Below, one piece after another: positions 30,360 to 41,645 of a DNA stretch of 64,000 bases. The notes beneath the pieces are model-generated. The model searched no databases and had not been told where the DNA came from. It worked only from the letters and a program-made list of their open reading frames with translations. Origin of the DNA: Promethearchaeota archaeon (lineage in GTDB: Archaea > Asgardarchaeota > Lokiarchaeia > Sigyniarchaeales > SOKP01); NCBI GenBank assembly GCA_019057795.1, contig JAHLWS010000026.1, forward strand, positions 1-64,000. Reading direction: 5' to 3'. The first letter of the stretch is position 1, and each line of letters opens with the position of its first letter. The translations under genes and the position numbers were made by a program.

Positions 30360-33059
30360 ATGATAAAACCTCCTTATGATTTAAGATGTGAATATCTTTT
30401 TAATCCTATTTGTATCGATATACGAAAACCACGGTTTTCATGGCTTTTAACACATGAAGAGAGAAATCAAACCCAAAGCGCTTATCATATAATCGTGTCT
30501 TCTGATAAGAATCTTTCTAAAAGTGAAAATGGAGATGTATGGGAAAGTGGTAAAGTAATTTCAGAAAATAATGTTAATATCACATATGAAGGTAACCCTT
30601 TAGAAAGCGATAAATCATATTTCTGGCGAGTGAAATGGTGGGACAAAAAAGGTGAAGAAAGTGAATATAGCCAAATAAATCACTTCGGAACAGCATTTAT
30701 TGACGAATCTTATTGGAAAGCGAAATGGATAAGTAGAAGTGAATTTATTGATAAAAAAATGAGAAGACAGTTCCAATATAAATCTGGTAAGAGAGGATTA
30801 ATTGGACGATTAAGGGAAGTTCATGCTGTTTATTTGAGAAAGGAATTTTCGATTTCAAAAGAAATAGAATATGCAAAGGCCTATGTGTGTGGTGTAGGTT
30901 ATTATGAATTTAAGTTAAATGGTAAAAAGGTTGGAGATCGAATTTTAGAACCAGCTCAAACAGACTATAATAAAATAGCATTATATTCTACATATGATAT
31001 TACTGATTGTTTGAAAAAGTCAAATGCAATTGGCGTTATATTAGGAAATGGACGTTGTATTGAATTATTTGGATACGATTATCCAAAACTCATATTACAG
31101 ATAAATATCCATTATAAAGATGGAATGAATGAAGTTATATGCACCGACAATTCTTGGAAGATATCAAACGGACCAATTCAAGAAAATGGCATTTATTATG
31201 GCGAAATTTATGATGCTCGACTAGAGATGCCAGGATGGGATGAACCAAATTTTGACGACGCAAACTGGAGAGAAGCTATTATAGTAGAGGGATATAATTT
31301 AGCGTCTCAAATGATGCAACCCATTCAAATCACCAAATCTCTTAAACCGATAGAATTATCTAGTCCTAAACCAGGAACTTATGTTTATGATTTTGGTCAA
31401 AATTTTACAGGGTATGTAAAATTAAAAGTGTTTGGTCCGAGAGGTTCAGAAGTAAAGTTAAGATTTTCGGAATTGATTTATGAAGATGGAAATATTAACA
31501 CTGCTACAATTGGTGGTGCTCCTACAACTGACACATATATTTTAAAAGGAGAAGGAATAGAGTCTTTTGAACCCCATTTTACTTATCACGGATTTAGGTT
31601 CGTAGAGTTGACAGGATTTCCTGGAGTTCCTTCTCTAAATACTTTAGAAGGCTTATTTTTCCATTCTAATGTTCCTAAAGTTGGAAATTTCTTTTGTTCA
31701 AATAATTTAATTAACCAAATACACACTAATATTATCTGGGGTCAATTGAGCAATCTCATGAGCATCCCTACTGATTGTCCACAAAGAGACGAGAGACATG
31801 GATGGATGGGTGATGCCCAATTAACAGTAGAAGAAGCAATCTTTAATTTTAATATGGTTAAATTTTATGCGAAATACTTACGAGATATCAAATTATGTCA
31901 AAGGGAAGATGGCAGTCTTTCCGATGTAGTCCCCCCCTATTGGAGTTTTTACCCTGCAGATCCCGCCTGGGGTACAGCCTATGTAACTATTGCATGGTAT
32001 CTTTTTTGGTATTATGGTGACATCAGAATTCTTGAAGAACATTATGAGGGAATGAAAAAATATGTTGAATATTTAACATCTATAGCAAAAGAAAGCCTAA
32101 TCTATTTTGGAAAATATGGAGATTGGTGTCCTCCAAGCAATATTGTGTCAAGAAAAACCCCTATTGAGTTAACCTCTTCTTGGTATTATTATCACGATGT
32201 TCATTTTTTAGCTAAGATTGCTCATGTCATTGGAAAACAAGAAGATCATGAATATCTTTTAAACAAAGCTAAAGAAATCAAAGAGTCTTTTAATACTAAA
32301 TTTCTAACGGGAGTTTATGATGTTGTAAAACATTCTCCAACTGATAGAACAATTAGCCAGACGTCAAATATTCTACCACTTTATTTAGATATGGTTCCAC
32401 AGGGAAAAAAGAAAAAAGTTCTCTCCACTTTAGTAAATACTATTAAAGAAGATTATAGTTATCACTTTGATACTGGCATTATAGGAACGAGATATATCTT
32501 TGATGTATTAAGCGAAAATGGGTATCCTGATGTGATATATAAAATGGTCAATCAGAAAAGCTTTCCTGGATATGGATATATGATTCAAGAGGGAGCAACA
32601 ACCTTATGGGAACGATGGGAAAAATTGGAGGCGGGTGGTATGAATTCGCATAACCATATAATGCTAGGAACCGTTGATACATGGTTTTATAATACATTAG
32701 CAGGAATAAAATCATTAGAACCAAGTTGGAAATTATTGAAAATAAAACCATTTATTCCCACTACTATGAATTACGCTAGCGCAACCATTAAAACAATCAA
32801 AGGGTTTATCTCTAGTTCATGGGAAAAGTTAGAATGTGATTTAAAACTTACCATAAAGATTCCCGTAGGATGCAATGCTGAGGTTTGGATACCGATCGAA
32901 GACGAAAGCTGTGTTATCATGGAAGGAGATGTTGCAATATGGAGTAACAATGAAAACATCAAACAATCTGATGACATAGAATTTTCAAAAATAGATGATA
33001 ACCATGTTATTTTCAACATCGGTTCTGGATTTTATCAATTTATTATTCAACATAAATAA
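30360..33059 (+). CDS. Alpha-L-rhamnosidase (GH78)
   Basis: DFGQNF, FTYHGFR, PTDCPQRDER.GWMGD, GATTLWERW, SHNH. Confidence 0.93.
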   Translation: MIKPPYDLRCEYLFNPICIDIRKPRFSWLLTHEERNQTQSAYHIIVSSDKNLSKSENGDVWESGKVISENNVNITYEGNPLESDKSYFWRVKWWDKKGEESEYSQINHFGTAFIDESYWKAKWISRSEFIDKKMRRQFQYKSGKRGLIGRLREVHAVYLRKEFSISKEIEYAKAYVCGVGYYEFKLNGKKVGDRILEPAQTDYNKIALYSTYDITDCLKKSNAIGVILGNGRCIELFGYDYPKLILQINIHYKDGMNEVICTDNSWKISNGPIQENGIYYGEIYDARLEMPGWDEPNFDDANWREAIIVEGYNLASQMMQPIQITKSLKPIELSSPKPGTYVYDFGQNFTGYVKLKVFGPRGSEVKLRFSELIYEDGNINTATIGGAPTTDTYILKGEGIESFEPHFTYHGFRFVELTGFPGVPSLNTLEGLFFHSNVPKVGNFFCSNNLINQIHTNIIWGQLSNLMSIPTDCPQRDERHGWMGDAQLTVEEAIFNFNMVKFYAKYLRDIKLCQREDGSLSDVVPPYWSFYPADPAWGTAYVTIAWYLFWYYGDIRILEEHYEGMKKYVEYLTSIAKESLIYFGKYGDWCPPSNIVSRKTPIELTSSWYYYHDVHFLAKIAHVIGKQEDHEYLLNKAKEIKESFNTKFLTGVYDVVKHSPTDRTISQTSNILPLYLDMVPQGKKKKVLSTLVNTIKEDYSYHFDTGIIGTRYIFDVLSENGYPDVIYKMVNQKSFPGYGYMIQEGATTLWERWEKLEAGGMNSHNHIMLGTVDTWFYNTLAGIKSLEPSWKLLKIKPFIPTTMNYASATIKTIKGFISSSWEKLECDLKLTIKIPVGCNAEVWIPIEDESCVIMEGDVAIWSNNENIKQSDDIEFSKIDDNHVIFNIGSGFYQFIIQHK

Positions 33060-33118
33060 CCTTTTTTTATTTCGTTTCTACATCCGAAAAAGACGCAAAT
33101 ATCGATTATTATAGAAAT

Positions 33119-34621
33119 TTAAGGGTTTATTATTCTTAAGTAAGAGTCATAAGCCTTTTCCCACTTATTTGTATCTTTAGGAAGATATTCTTTTATTGGA
33201 AATGAAGATCTTACGATTTTTCGTAGTTCAGAAACATTGTCAATTTTATCAAGTGCTAGAGCTTGAACCAAAATATTACCTATAGCTGCTGCTTCAATTG
33301 GTCCCGCATTTACTGTAAGATTCAAAGCATTGGAAGTAAACTGATTTAATAACGAATTTTGACTTCCTCCACCTATAATATATAATATTTTGATTTCTTT
33401 TCGTATAATATCTTCTATGATATTTAATACATGCTTATAATTCAAAGCTAGACTTTCAAAAATAACTCGAGAAATCTCGCCAATAGTTTCTGGAAACTTA
33501 TTATATTGGTTTTTACAGTATTGCCGTATTGCTTTAATCATATTAGGAGGGTTAAGAAAAATTTTATCGTTTGGATTAATAAAAAATTGAAATGGTTCAG
33601 CGTCCATAGTTAGTTCTTCAATAATTTCCCAACTAAAGTTAAAATTTTCTTTATCCCATATCTTTTTACATTCTTGGATTAACCACAGCCCCGTAATATT
33701 TTTGAGAAATCTATAAGTGCCTCCAATACCTCCCTCGTTTGTAAAATTGTACTTTAAAGCTTTCTCACTAATTATTGGTTTTATTAATTCTACACCCAAC
33801 AAGCTCCAAGTTCCAGAGCTAAGATAAGCCCATTCTTCATTCTTATATTTATCCATATCAACGGGTACTGCAGCAACAGCCGAACCGGTATCATGACATA
33901 AAGGTGCTATAACTTTAATGTTCTCATCCAACCCAACTTCATCTGTTATGTAATCTTGAAGCGTTCCAAGAATAGTTCCGGGTTCAATCAATTTGCAAAA
34001 CCATTCAGGTTGAAGTCCTAACTTTTTAATCAAGCTATTAGCCCAATTTTTCTTTAAAGGGTTGTAAAGCTGGGTAGTGGTTGCAATTGAATATTCTGTT
34101 GACTTCACGCCAGATAGCAAGTAATTTAAATAATCTGGAATCATTAAGATCGATTTTACAATTGATAATTGAGATGAATTATTTAAAACCATCGAGAAAA
34201 GTTGAGTTGAAGTATTGAGTGACATAAATTGGATTCCTGTTTGAGAAAAAATCTCCTCCTTGGGGACCACTTTGGTCATTTCTTCCATAATTCCTTTGGT
34301 TCTTGCATCTCTATAGTGATGGGTAAGACCAATAATCTTATCTTTTTCATCCAATAGAACAAAATCAACACCCCATGAATCAATTCCGATTGAGTTAAGG
34401 TTATTTCCATACTTTTTTACAAATAAAGAGAGGGAAGTTTTTATTTCTTGGTAAAGGTTTAAAATGTTCCAATAAAATGAATCAAAGAGGCGAATACCTC
34501 CATTTGTAAACCTATATAAAGTTTCTAATTCAAGATTATTATTTTTAAGTTTTCCTATTATAGATCTTCCAGAACTTGCACCTAAATCAAACGCCAAAAC
34601 CGTTAAAACACTATTATCCAT
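33119..34621 (-). CDS. rhaB: Rhamnulokinase (FGGY family)
   Basis: DLGASSGR, IDSWGVD, YRDART, HDTGSA, SSGTWSL, NEGG, KNITGLW. Confidence 0.92.
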   Translation of the reverse strand: MDNSVLTVLAFDLGASSGRSIIGKLKNNNLELETLYRFTNGGIRLFDSFYWNILNLYQEIKTSLSLFVKKYGNNLNSIGIDSWGVDFVLLDEKDKIIGLTHHYRDARTKGIMEEMTKVVPKEEIFSQTGIQFMSLNTSTQLFSMVLNNSSQLSIVKSILMIPDYLNYLLSGVKSTEYSIATTTQLYNPLKKNWANSLIKKLGLQPEWFCKLIEPGTILGTLQDYITDEVGLDENIKVIAPLCHDTGSAVAAVPVDMDKYKNEEWAYLSSGTWSLLGVELIKPIISEKALKYNFTNEGGIGGTYRFLKNITGLWLIQECKKIWDKENFNFSWEIIEELTMDAEPFQFFINPNDKIFLNPPNMIKAIRQYCKNQYNKFPETIGEISRVIFESLALNYKHVLNIIEDIIRKEIKILYIIGGGSQNSLLNQFTSNALNLTVNAGPIEAAAIGNILVQALALDKIDNVSELRKIVRSSFPIKEYLPKDTNKWEKAYDSYLRIINP

Positions 34622-34951
34622 AATTATAATAAGTTAAGTTGTTGAGTTTTTATGAATTATTCTTTTACTCATAATATTTCTATTTATAAAATGTTATTTA
34701 AATCTCTTTATGAAGATATTACCCGTTTTTAAATACTATCTTTTAATGGTTCAATATAAAATAGTTGATTCACTTTTAGCTTTTTTTTATATTTTCAATA
34801 ATTTCTTTATAAATAAGTAAAATATATCCTCTAAGTGATATGTTTGTTCGTGAAAGACTTGTTTCACGATCATAAATGTCGGAACCTCTCGCTTTTTTCT
34901 AGAAATCAGCACTCCCTCTTATCTTTATAGCGTTATTGTTTATTTTGATTT

Positions 34952-35701
34952 GTGCTTGGAACTCAAAAAGACGATAGTTTCGTTGAAAAAAAATTATCCG
35001 AAACGGCATATCGCACCCATAATTTTAACATTGTACCGCCCATCATCGGCATTATCGTCTCAGATCAATACGGAAATACCATAACCGTTTTTGAGTATGG
35101 TTCAAAAAGCGAGAATGGTTACGGTCTGATTAAGTCTTATCTATCAGAAGGAAATAAAAGTCTTCTGGAACTCGATCTAATTTCCATGTATTTGAGTTCA
35201 TTTAAAATATTTGCGGGACAAACCAACATAAAAAACTTGTCTCATCTTGAAATCTATGGTTCCAACATTAAAGTTCAAATATATTTTTTATTCGAATATA
35301 TGGTTATTGTTTTTTTAAATTCTCAAACTAATTTGACTTCAAAAGAAAGAACTCAAATTTTAAAATACTGCGAAGATAAATTAAGTAAATACAAATATGA
35401 ATTCGAGAATTTTAACGATGCGAGATCTAGAGATGTCCTTAGGATATTGGAAAATAAGGGTAAAAATTGGCTTAAAAAGTTTAACGTAAAGTACATACAA
35501 ACATATAAAAACATTTATTTAAGAAAACACGAAACTATTGAAAAATCGATGAGTGAAATAGGGCTGATAATTCAAAATGAGTTATACGCATACTTGGAAT
35601 ATGTACCTGACGAAATAATAAATAACATCACTAAGGAAATAAGGAACAAAATCCAAGACAAACTATTTGATTTTGATTTAAATGTGTCTGAAAAAAAATA
35701 A
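34952..35701 (+). CDS. Longin/roadblock-like domain protein
   Basis: GIIVSDQYG...LISMYLSSFKIFA...beta strands, the pattern of Asgard longin-like domains. Confidence 0.5.
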   Translation: MLGTQKDDSFVEKKLSETAYRTHNFNIVPPIIGIIVSDQYGNTITVFEYGSKSENGYGLIKSYLSEGNKSLLELDLISMYLSSFKIFAGQTNIKNLSHLEIYGSNIKVQIYFLFEYMVIVFLNSQTNLTSKERTQILKYCEDKLSKYKYEFENFNDARSRDVLRILENKGKNWLKKFNVKYIQTYKNIYLRKHETIEKSMSEIGLIIQNELYAYLEYVPDEIINNITKEIRNKIQDKLFDFDLNVSEKK

Positions 35702-35716
35702 AAAAAAAACCCTAGA

Positions 35717-36670
35717 TTATTTCAACGCATTTTGACAACTTACGAGTAATTGGAGTGAAATAAAAGTAAAGATATCTTCAAAATCATTAACATCTATATC
35801 GTGCTTATCGAAGTATGTTGCATCTAATTCTTTTGCAAGGTAGGGACCTCCTTCTGATGGTATTATAGGTGCATCTCCTAATCCTACAAGAATAATTGGC
35901 GTATTGATATACTTTTCTTTCAATTTTCTTATTTTGAATTTTAAATTCGTTTTTTTTTTAAATTCAGAATAATACTTTCTAACTAACTCTAGCGATTCCC
36001 GATTGCCCTTTTTATAGACTATTATTATAGCACTCGCACCTTTATAGTAATACTCTCTTAGAAATTCAAATCTTTTTACTCCTGAAATATTCCAAAACTG
36101 TAGGCTTGTAAGAGATTTATCATAGGATTCTATTGTTTTAGTATAGAAGTCAACTCCGATCGTTTTTCTCTCTCCTGAAACCTTAGGAGTGATAAGCATG
36201 GAAGGAAGTATACTTGATTGTTTATCGTTCAATCCGATTATAATTATTTTAAATAAATGGTCGATCTTTTTTCCATATTCTCCAAAGTGATTTAAAAATT
36301 TTTCATATCTTCTAATTTTTCTCCGTAATTCATACAGCTGGCTTCGACCAGTACTTGTGAGTTTAAATCCCAAAACACGTCTTATTAAGGCTTCAGCTTG
36401 CCCTCGACTAATAGACTTCTCATATATTTTAAAAATATCAGATGAGATTGTTGATATTAACCAGTTTAAACCAATATTTTGAACAGCGTTATGAATTAAA
36501 TCTTCTATTTTAATAGAATCAGCAAACAATCCATTTTTTTCAAGATTCGGATCATTAAATTCAATCTTTGCCGCAAATACTAATTCTTCTTTAGGATAAT
36601 TAATTTTTTTTAAGAATTTTATCAAATTTGTTTTTTGTACATCAGTTAGGCTTTCTACTTTCAAATTCAT
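35717..36670 (-). CDS. Rab-like small GTPase domain protein with degenerate P-loop
   Basis: FKIIIIG, TIGVDF, LQFWNISG, YYKGA, PIILVG; no GKS/T. Confidence 0.75.
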   Translation of the reverse strand: MNLKVESLTDVQKTNLIKFLKKINYPKEELVFAAKIEFNDPNLEKNGLFADSIKIEDLIHNAVQNIGLNWLISTISSDIFKIYEKSISRGQAEALIRRVLGFKLTSTGRSQLYELRRKIRRYEKFLNHFGEYGKKIDHLFKIIIIGLNDKQSSILPSMLITPKVSGERKTIGVDFYTKTIESYDKSLTSLQFWNISGVKRFEFLREYYYKGASAIIIVYKKGNRESLELVRKYYSEFKKKTNLKFKIRKLKEKYINTPIILVGLGDAPIIPSEGGPYLAKELDATYFDKHDIDVNDFEDIFTFISLQLLVSCQNALK

Positions 36671-36898
36671 CTTAACATCACCATTGAATTTTTACATTTA
36701 CATTTTTAATTTATAACACTGAAAGGTCCATTCTAAAAACAGATGTCCAAACTATTAATGGCCGTCCATACTAATAATGGACATAATCATATTTAAACTT
36801 TTGTGTCAAAAATTTTTTCACATCAAAATAAGTTAAAAGGAAGTCTTTATATCATTTCAAGACATAACTTAAAGATAAGTAAAAATAAAGTATTTTGA

Positions 36899-37792
36899 AT
36901 GAGTAATATGGGACTAGGATCAATTAAGGTTAATGGTAAAAAATTTAATGTACGAAAAGAGCTCTATCATGTCAGATTAACTATAGATTATATGGATATA
37001 GAAGATATTACAGAGCTAAAGGGGCTTAATAAATTAAAAAATGTTACAGCTTTGGATCTTTCAAACAATAAAATCACAGAATTGAGAGGTCTGGAGGAAC
37101 TAACAAATCTTCAACAATTATTTCTTAGCAATAATCAGATCAAAGTAATTGAAGGTCTTGAATCTTTGACTAAACTTGATCGCATTTTTCTTAGTGGAAA
37201 TCAGATTTCTGAGCTGAAAGGACTCGATTCTTTAACCAACCTTCAATGGTTAGAGATAAACAATAATAAGATCTCTGAGATTAAGGAACTAGAATCATTA
37301 ACCAAACTTATACAATTAAATCTTAAATTTAACCAAATAAAAGAAATAAAAAATTTAGACGAACTATCTAATCTTGTAGTTCTGCAGCTTAATCGTAACC
37401 AAATAACAGAAATCAAGAACTTGGATAGTTTAACGAATCTAGATCGCTTGTTTCTTGGATACAATCAAATATCGGAAATCAAAGGACTGAATGCACTGAC
37501 TAAACTTACTGTTTTATATCTTAACAGTAACAAAATAACAGAGATCAAAAATTTGGAAACACTAATAAATTTGGAAACTTTATACCTTGATACAAATCAG
37601 TTAACTAGTTTAGAAAATCTAGAAAGCTTGGAAAAACTTGAAAAACTTTATGTTTTGTTTCTAAGTATGAATCCAATGGAAGGAGAAGAAAAACAATTTG
37701 CTAAAGATAATATTGAACGAGATCAAGTAAAAAAGTTGCTACAATCTTACAAGGAATGGAAGAAAAATAATGGAAAAAAAGTTAATCCTTGA
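36899..37792 (+). CDS. Leucine-rich repeat protein (SDS22-like)
   Basis: ~10 22-aa LxxLxLxxNxIxEIxxLxxL repeats. Confidence 0.92.
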   Translation: MSNMGLGSIKVNGKKFNVRKELYHVRLTIDYMDIEDITELKGLNKLKNVTALDLSNNKITELRGLEELTNLQQLFLSNNQIKVIEGLESLTKLDRIFLSGNQISELKGLDSLTNLQWLEINNNKISEIKELESLTKLIQLNLKFNQIKEIKNLDELSNLVVLQLNRNQITEIKNLDSLTNLDRLFLGYNQISEIKGLNALTKLTVLYLNSNKITEIKNLETLINLETLYLDTNQLTSLENLESLEKLEKLYVLFLSMNPMEGEEKQFAKDNIERDQVKKLLQSYKEWKKNNGKKVNP

Positions 37793-39032
37793 AGTATTTC
37801 ATTAAAAACCATATTTCAAAAACCAAACCTACTAAACCTACAACAAAAGGGGCAATATAGTGTACGCTTTCTGCAAGAGACCCCCCAATCGCTCCAGTAG
37901 GCATCATCCCAATTCCTCTGATAAATGCTACAATTCCATAAGATTCAGCTTTTCTGTTATCATCTAAATTAGTTAAGGTCATTTGCTCTGAAGGAATAAA
38001 AGTAGTTACCGCAATTCCAAAAAAGATTTCTCCAATAATTAATCCAGGAAAGGCAAATCCTGTAATCCCTTGGGACCACAAAACCGAAATCAATATGTTC
38101 ATGGAAAAAAATACCATTCCAAAAAATTGGCTTATAATTAAACTTTTTTTTTTCCCAATCTTATCTGCAATTCTTCCAGCGGGAATCTGGGAAACCATAT
38201 TTGAGATGTGAAACCATACAGCTATAGAAGCAATTTCTGGGGCTGTGAAATGATAATAAGTTGTCAAACCAGCATTATATATAGATAAAGCTATACCCCA
38301 TACAAAGACATCTAAAGTAAAGAAAACAGTAGCTACCTTTATTTTAGAATTTTGAAAGAGTTTAACAGCTTTTTTCTGTTTTAGCTCTGCCGTTTTTATT
38401 AAATCTAATTCTCCGTGTTTCTTAATAGCATTTGGACTTCTAATAATTAAAACTAGAATAAACCACTCTATTATTAAAATGATTAAGAAAACTTGAAAAT
38501 AGAATTGAAAACTAAACCCTAAATCAAGCATAACTAAGGATGTACCACCAATACTTCCTCCAAAAAATGCGAAGAATACAAGGCCGTACATTATTCCCTT
38601 TTTATTTTCACCACTGTTTTCAGATACGAATAATTGAAAATTTAAACTGTTAACCATAGCGCCCAATGTATAAGTAAGAACCCCTATTATAAGAATTGGG
38701 ATATTATTCGTAACGACTAATATCATTAATCCAAAAGATTAAATAGGGGGGCCAAATAACCATATTTTCTTAAGACCATATTTATCTGATAATTTACCTA
38801 TAAAGGGCATTGGTAAAAATTGCATTATGCTTGAAATGGAAATTATAATCCCTGTGTAAAAGAGAGAGCCTGTAAATTCTAACATGAAAGGTTGGAGAAC
38901 AACATTAAAAGCACTAACTCCAAATCCATGTATGATATTCATAATGATCTGGGACCAAAGATTTCTCTTTTTTACTCGGTTTGATCTATCCGCTGTGGGA
39001 ATGCTTTCCGATAATTTTTTACTGCTTTTCAT
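37782..39032 (-). pseudogene. MFS transporter interrupted by an in-frame TAA (38739-38741)
   Basis: Both ORF pieces are in the same frame (GPPI*SFGLMIL); motif-A GKLSDKYG and GRIADKIG. Confidence 0.8.
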
Positions 39033-39175
39033 TGCATATTTAAATGGATTATGGCATAAATCGTTTGTCTTCGAAGAAATTTCACAAATTCATAAAAAAG
39101 ATGCAACTAAAAATAAAAAAATTAATATTAACAATTTGGTATACTTTTATTTATAACAGAAAAATTGACAATATA

Positions 39176-39556
39176 ATGTATCAAATTGAGAAAATAGGTG
39201 ACGATAGTTTTTACATAAAAGCAATTGGAACCTTTCCTTTACCTGTAGCAGAAAGATTTGTAATAGAATTTGAAGATTTAACTAAAGATATTCACGAAAA
39301 TTTAAATGTAATTATCGACATTACAGAAGCGATTCTTTTACGGATAGAGTCGATTGATATAATCTTAGATTTATTAAAACGAAACAATGAAAAACTTAAC
39401 AAATCTGCATTTATAATCTCGAAAAATCCACCATTAGGCGTAGAATTCAATTATCTTTTAGAGCATGCTGAATCTTCTAAAAGGAAAATCGTATCCAACC
39501 TTGAGGACGCCAAAGAATGGATTGGTATTGAAGATATAATTTTTAAAAAGGATTAA
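39176..39556 (+). CDS. SpoIIAA/STAS-like small protein
   Basis: Probable start MYQIEK; VIIDITE and C-terminal LEDAKEWI. Confidence 0.55.
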   Translation: MYQIEKIGDDSFYIKAIGTFPLPVAERFVIEFEDLTKDIHENLNVIIDITEAILLRIESIDIILDLLKRNNEKLNKSAFIISKNPPLGVEFNYLLEHAESSKRKIVSNLEDAKEWIGIEDIIFKKD

Positions 39557-39581
39557 TGTAAGATTATCTAATGACTTATTT

Positions 39582-40411
39582 TTATTTAGTTAAGTTTTCG
39601 CTTTCTTTTTGAAATGCTGAAATTAAAATAATCCCAATTACAATTAAAATAATTCCAATAACTTGAATCCCCTAATACTTCCATTTAAAGCTAAAACACT
39701 CATTAAAGATGCTAATATAATGCTAGTAGAAGTAAAACAAGGTACAACTTGATTGGCTTTTGCTTTAGTAAAGGCATATTGAGTTATAAGCAAAGTTGAT
39801 GGTGCAAAAATAAATGTAGCTAGTGTGAAATATAGTGTCATTTCGGGAATAGTTGTAATGCGCTTTGAAACAGTTTGCAACGCATTAGTGGTTCCTGCTG
39901 TAAGTGCAATAATTATTCCAACAAATTTATAATCATTTAATTTAGATATAAAAATTAAAATCGTCTCAATTACGAGAATAATTATAGAAAAACACAAGAA
40001 AAAAGGTAAGTTGAAATGACTCATGTCAAGTCTTCCAACATTTATGTTAAACAGTGTTACTAATACAGTTCCTACAATTATGAAAAAAACACCGCTAATT
40101 TCAATAGGGCTTATATGTTCTTTTAAGACATAATAAGAAAAAAGTAAAAGAATGATTAGCCCAACACCTTCTAATGGAGCTACGATATTAACTGGGGCAA
40201 AAAATAAAGCAGCCCATTGGATGAACATGTACAAACTTGTTAAAATAGTTCCAACGACCCATATTCCAGAATTTTTTTTCTTAATCGAGTTTTCTTCTTT
40301 AAAACCTTCAATCGCATACTTTTGAATTCCTTTCCCTATATCAAGACAGATATAAGCAATTAATCCAAAAATTAATCCAATGATAATATTTTCATTAGCC
40401 ATTTTAAACAC
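39582..40411 (-). pseudogene. DMT/NIPA-type (Mg2+) transporter with probable frameshift at ~39670
   Basis: IQKY, AALFFAPVNIVAPL. The alternate frame supplies the missing last TM IQVIGIILIVIGIILISAF. Confidence 0.65.
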
Positions 40412-40447
40412 ATCTCTTTCAAAGGCAATTTAACACCTTCATAAATG

Positions 40448-41539
40448 CTAAAATTCAAAAGAATCCATGATGTTTTTTAACTCGTTTTTGACCTCAGGTT
40501 TTTTTAAAAGTTCTTCAATATTCTCAGGGGCTGAGTATACATCAAAATCTTTCAATTTTAAATTCTTGCGGACTTCTTGTTCAATCTTGTTTATTTCTTG
40601 TTTCATGGCAAAATATTTTATAATTTTGAATTTAAGTTTTGAGACTTTTCCAGACCATTCTTTTGCAAATTTTCCAGACGCAATTTCATCATAAGACCTT
40701 TGCATTTTCTCTTCCAAAGGCAGACCTATTTATCTAACTCCTCTTGACATTGCTCCATATTGAGAAGTATGAGAATGGAAATTTGTTTGCTTCACGAGAC
40801 CTATTTGAGCCATTTTTTGGTAAGTATATGCCATTTCATTACTCATGTACATTTCAATAAGAACTGCCTCAGGAGGAAGACCGTTTTTAATTAGGACTTT
40901 AATGCATGTTAAAAGAACTCTTCCAAATGCAGGACCAAACGCTTGTTCATTGAACAAATCTAATATAGCTTCTTGTTTCATTGATATTTCAACACCCCCT
41001 TTTTTCAGAGTTCCTAGTGCTTTTGCAAGTGCTAATAGAATTCGTTTAGCATTTCCTGTTACTTCTTGATGTACTCCAATAAAACTGTAAAAACCTTCTC
41101 CATTAAGGTAATTTTCCCTGACACCGACACATATCATGCGCGGAGCGATCATTATTACATCAATGTTATCTGGAGGATTTATGAGGTTGAAAGCAATGTT
41201 ATATCCGCTTGCAAAATTTATACAAGTTCCATCCTTAAGATTTGGCTCAATTTCTTTTTCAAACATTTCGGGCATGGTCTCGTCTGGAGTTAGTAGAAAG
41301 ACAATATCCGCGCGCTTTACAGCCTCAGAGATGTTGAATATCTTAAAACCATCCTTCAAGGCCTTTTCTTTGTAGGAATCTTCTTTATTACCAATTATCA
41401 CATCCAGACCACTATCTCTTAAGTTAAGTGCTTGAGCCCTTCCTTGATTTCCATACCCTATTATTGCAATTTTTTTATCTTTTATATTTTCTAGATGGGC
41501 ATTATTTTCGAAATATATGTTTGTTTCAGTCATTTTCAA
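40448..41539 (-). pseudogene. ilvC: Ketol-acid reductoisomerase interrupted by an in-frame TAA (40730-40732)
   Basis: GYGNQG.AQALNLRDSG, DLFNEQ, SHTSQYG; SRGVR*IGLPLEEKM..IASGKFAKEW continues in frame. Confidence 0.85.
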
Positions 41540-41645
41540 TTTCTCTATCTTTTTTTTGCATTATTATCAAATATTTTTTATAATTCTTCATTCATTTATA
41601 AAACTACGCGAAACTTATTTAAATAATAAAAGAAAAATCTTATTT

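Noticed and set aside
34837-34880. Possible minus-strand SECIS (ATGA + stem)
   Set aside because: No 3' GA to form the tandem G.A core, no GNRA hairpin, and no upstream UGA-containing ORF found.
26489-34950. Integrative element at tRNA-Trp
   Set aside because: No integrase and no duplicated tRNA 3' end seen.
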